Positions 63,912-64,000 of a stretch of DNA of 64,000 nucleotides are shown here, piece by piece. This DNA is from an uncultured delta proteobacterium (lineage in GTDB: Bacteria; Desulfobacterota; Syntrophorhabdia; Syntrophorhabdales; WCHB1-27). The position numbers and the translations under genes are program-made. The notes under the pieces were generated by a model. It saw nothing but the letters and a program-made list of their open reading frames with translations. It had not been told where the DNA came from and did not search any database. Every line of letters starts with the position of its first letter. Position 1 is the stretch's first letter. The stretch is taken from NCBI GenBank assembly GCA_963825005.1, contig CAWGRP010000019.1:239742-303741 (forward strand). The letters are read 5' to 3'.

Positions 63912-64000
63912 AGTTCTATCTAGACGAAAACATGAGCCCCAAGATAGCCCAGATCGCGAGAAGGCTCGGGATAGATGCGGTCAGTGCCCACGATGTGAAC
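63908..64000 (+). CDS. DUF5615-like PIN-fold putative toxin, 5' partial (runs off the window end)
   Basis: MKFYLDENMSPKIAQIARRLGIDAVSAHDVN... The ATG overlaps the upstream stop (ATGA). This is the usual partner of DUF433 proteins. Confidence 0.65.
   Translation, partial: MKFYLDENMSPKIAQIARRLGIDAVSAHDVN

Overview
This is a 64-kb stretch of bacterial chromosome. The gene content suggests an anaerobic Deltaproteobacteria/Desulfobacterota- or Nitrospirota-like organism, but that is inference only.

Gene order:
- 1-2819: three tandem NMT1/THI5-like substrate-binding protein (SBP) paralogs.
- 2.9-6.0 kb: ICMT-like methyltransferase, AAA+ (DUF4143-like) ATPase, a degenerate stand-alone GGDEF-like protein and a DUF3096-like peptide.
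- 6-16 kb: an alpha-glucan block with a frameshifted GH57, then glgB, a fused but frameshifted treS-mak, and glgE (the GlgE pathway).
- 16-20.6 kb: DUF748-like protein, a RelE/ParE toxin-antitoxin (TA) pair and PolX.
- 21.5-25.3 kb: MMPL/RND transporter and a GT4 glycogen-synthase/GlgM-like gene, bracketed by large mutually inverted repeats.
- 26.2-32.6 kb: housekeeping block rpoZ-gmk-yicC-DUF4416-tlyA-dxs-ispA-xseB, then yjbQ.
- 33.6-42.8 kb: a B12 operon with meaB, two acyl-CoA dehydrogenases, split acyl-CoA mutase, epimerase, saccharopine-dehydrogenase-like gene and a class-III aminotransferase.
- 43-47.6 kb: two cytoplasmic reductive-dehalogenase-like paralogs around gntR and an orphan TRAP SBP.
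- 47.6-51.2 kb: BON-like, DksA/TraR, SleB-like, tRNA-Cys, tRNA-Gly, TauE and an ArfB-like gene.
- 51.4-62.2 kb: a heavily frameshifted tail with dus, an AprAB-like ferredoxin/flavoprotein pair, a hydrolase, a hybrid PAS histidine kinase and CheB-CheR-PAS.
- 62.2-64 kb: a small TA island.

The most unusual content is non-coding. At least four families of 230-270-nt intergenic repeats occupy most of the larger intergenic gaps. Two of them show compensatory base changes in hairpins. One conserves symmetric non-complementary GGA loops, which argues for a strand-specific RNA or ssDNA function. I cannot assign them to a known family from memory.

No CRISPR array, integrase, transposase or rRNA was seen. 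All protein-family calls come from motif recognition by eye, not from searches.
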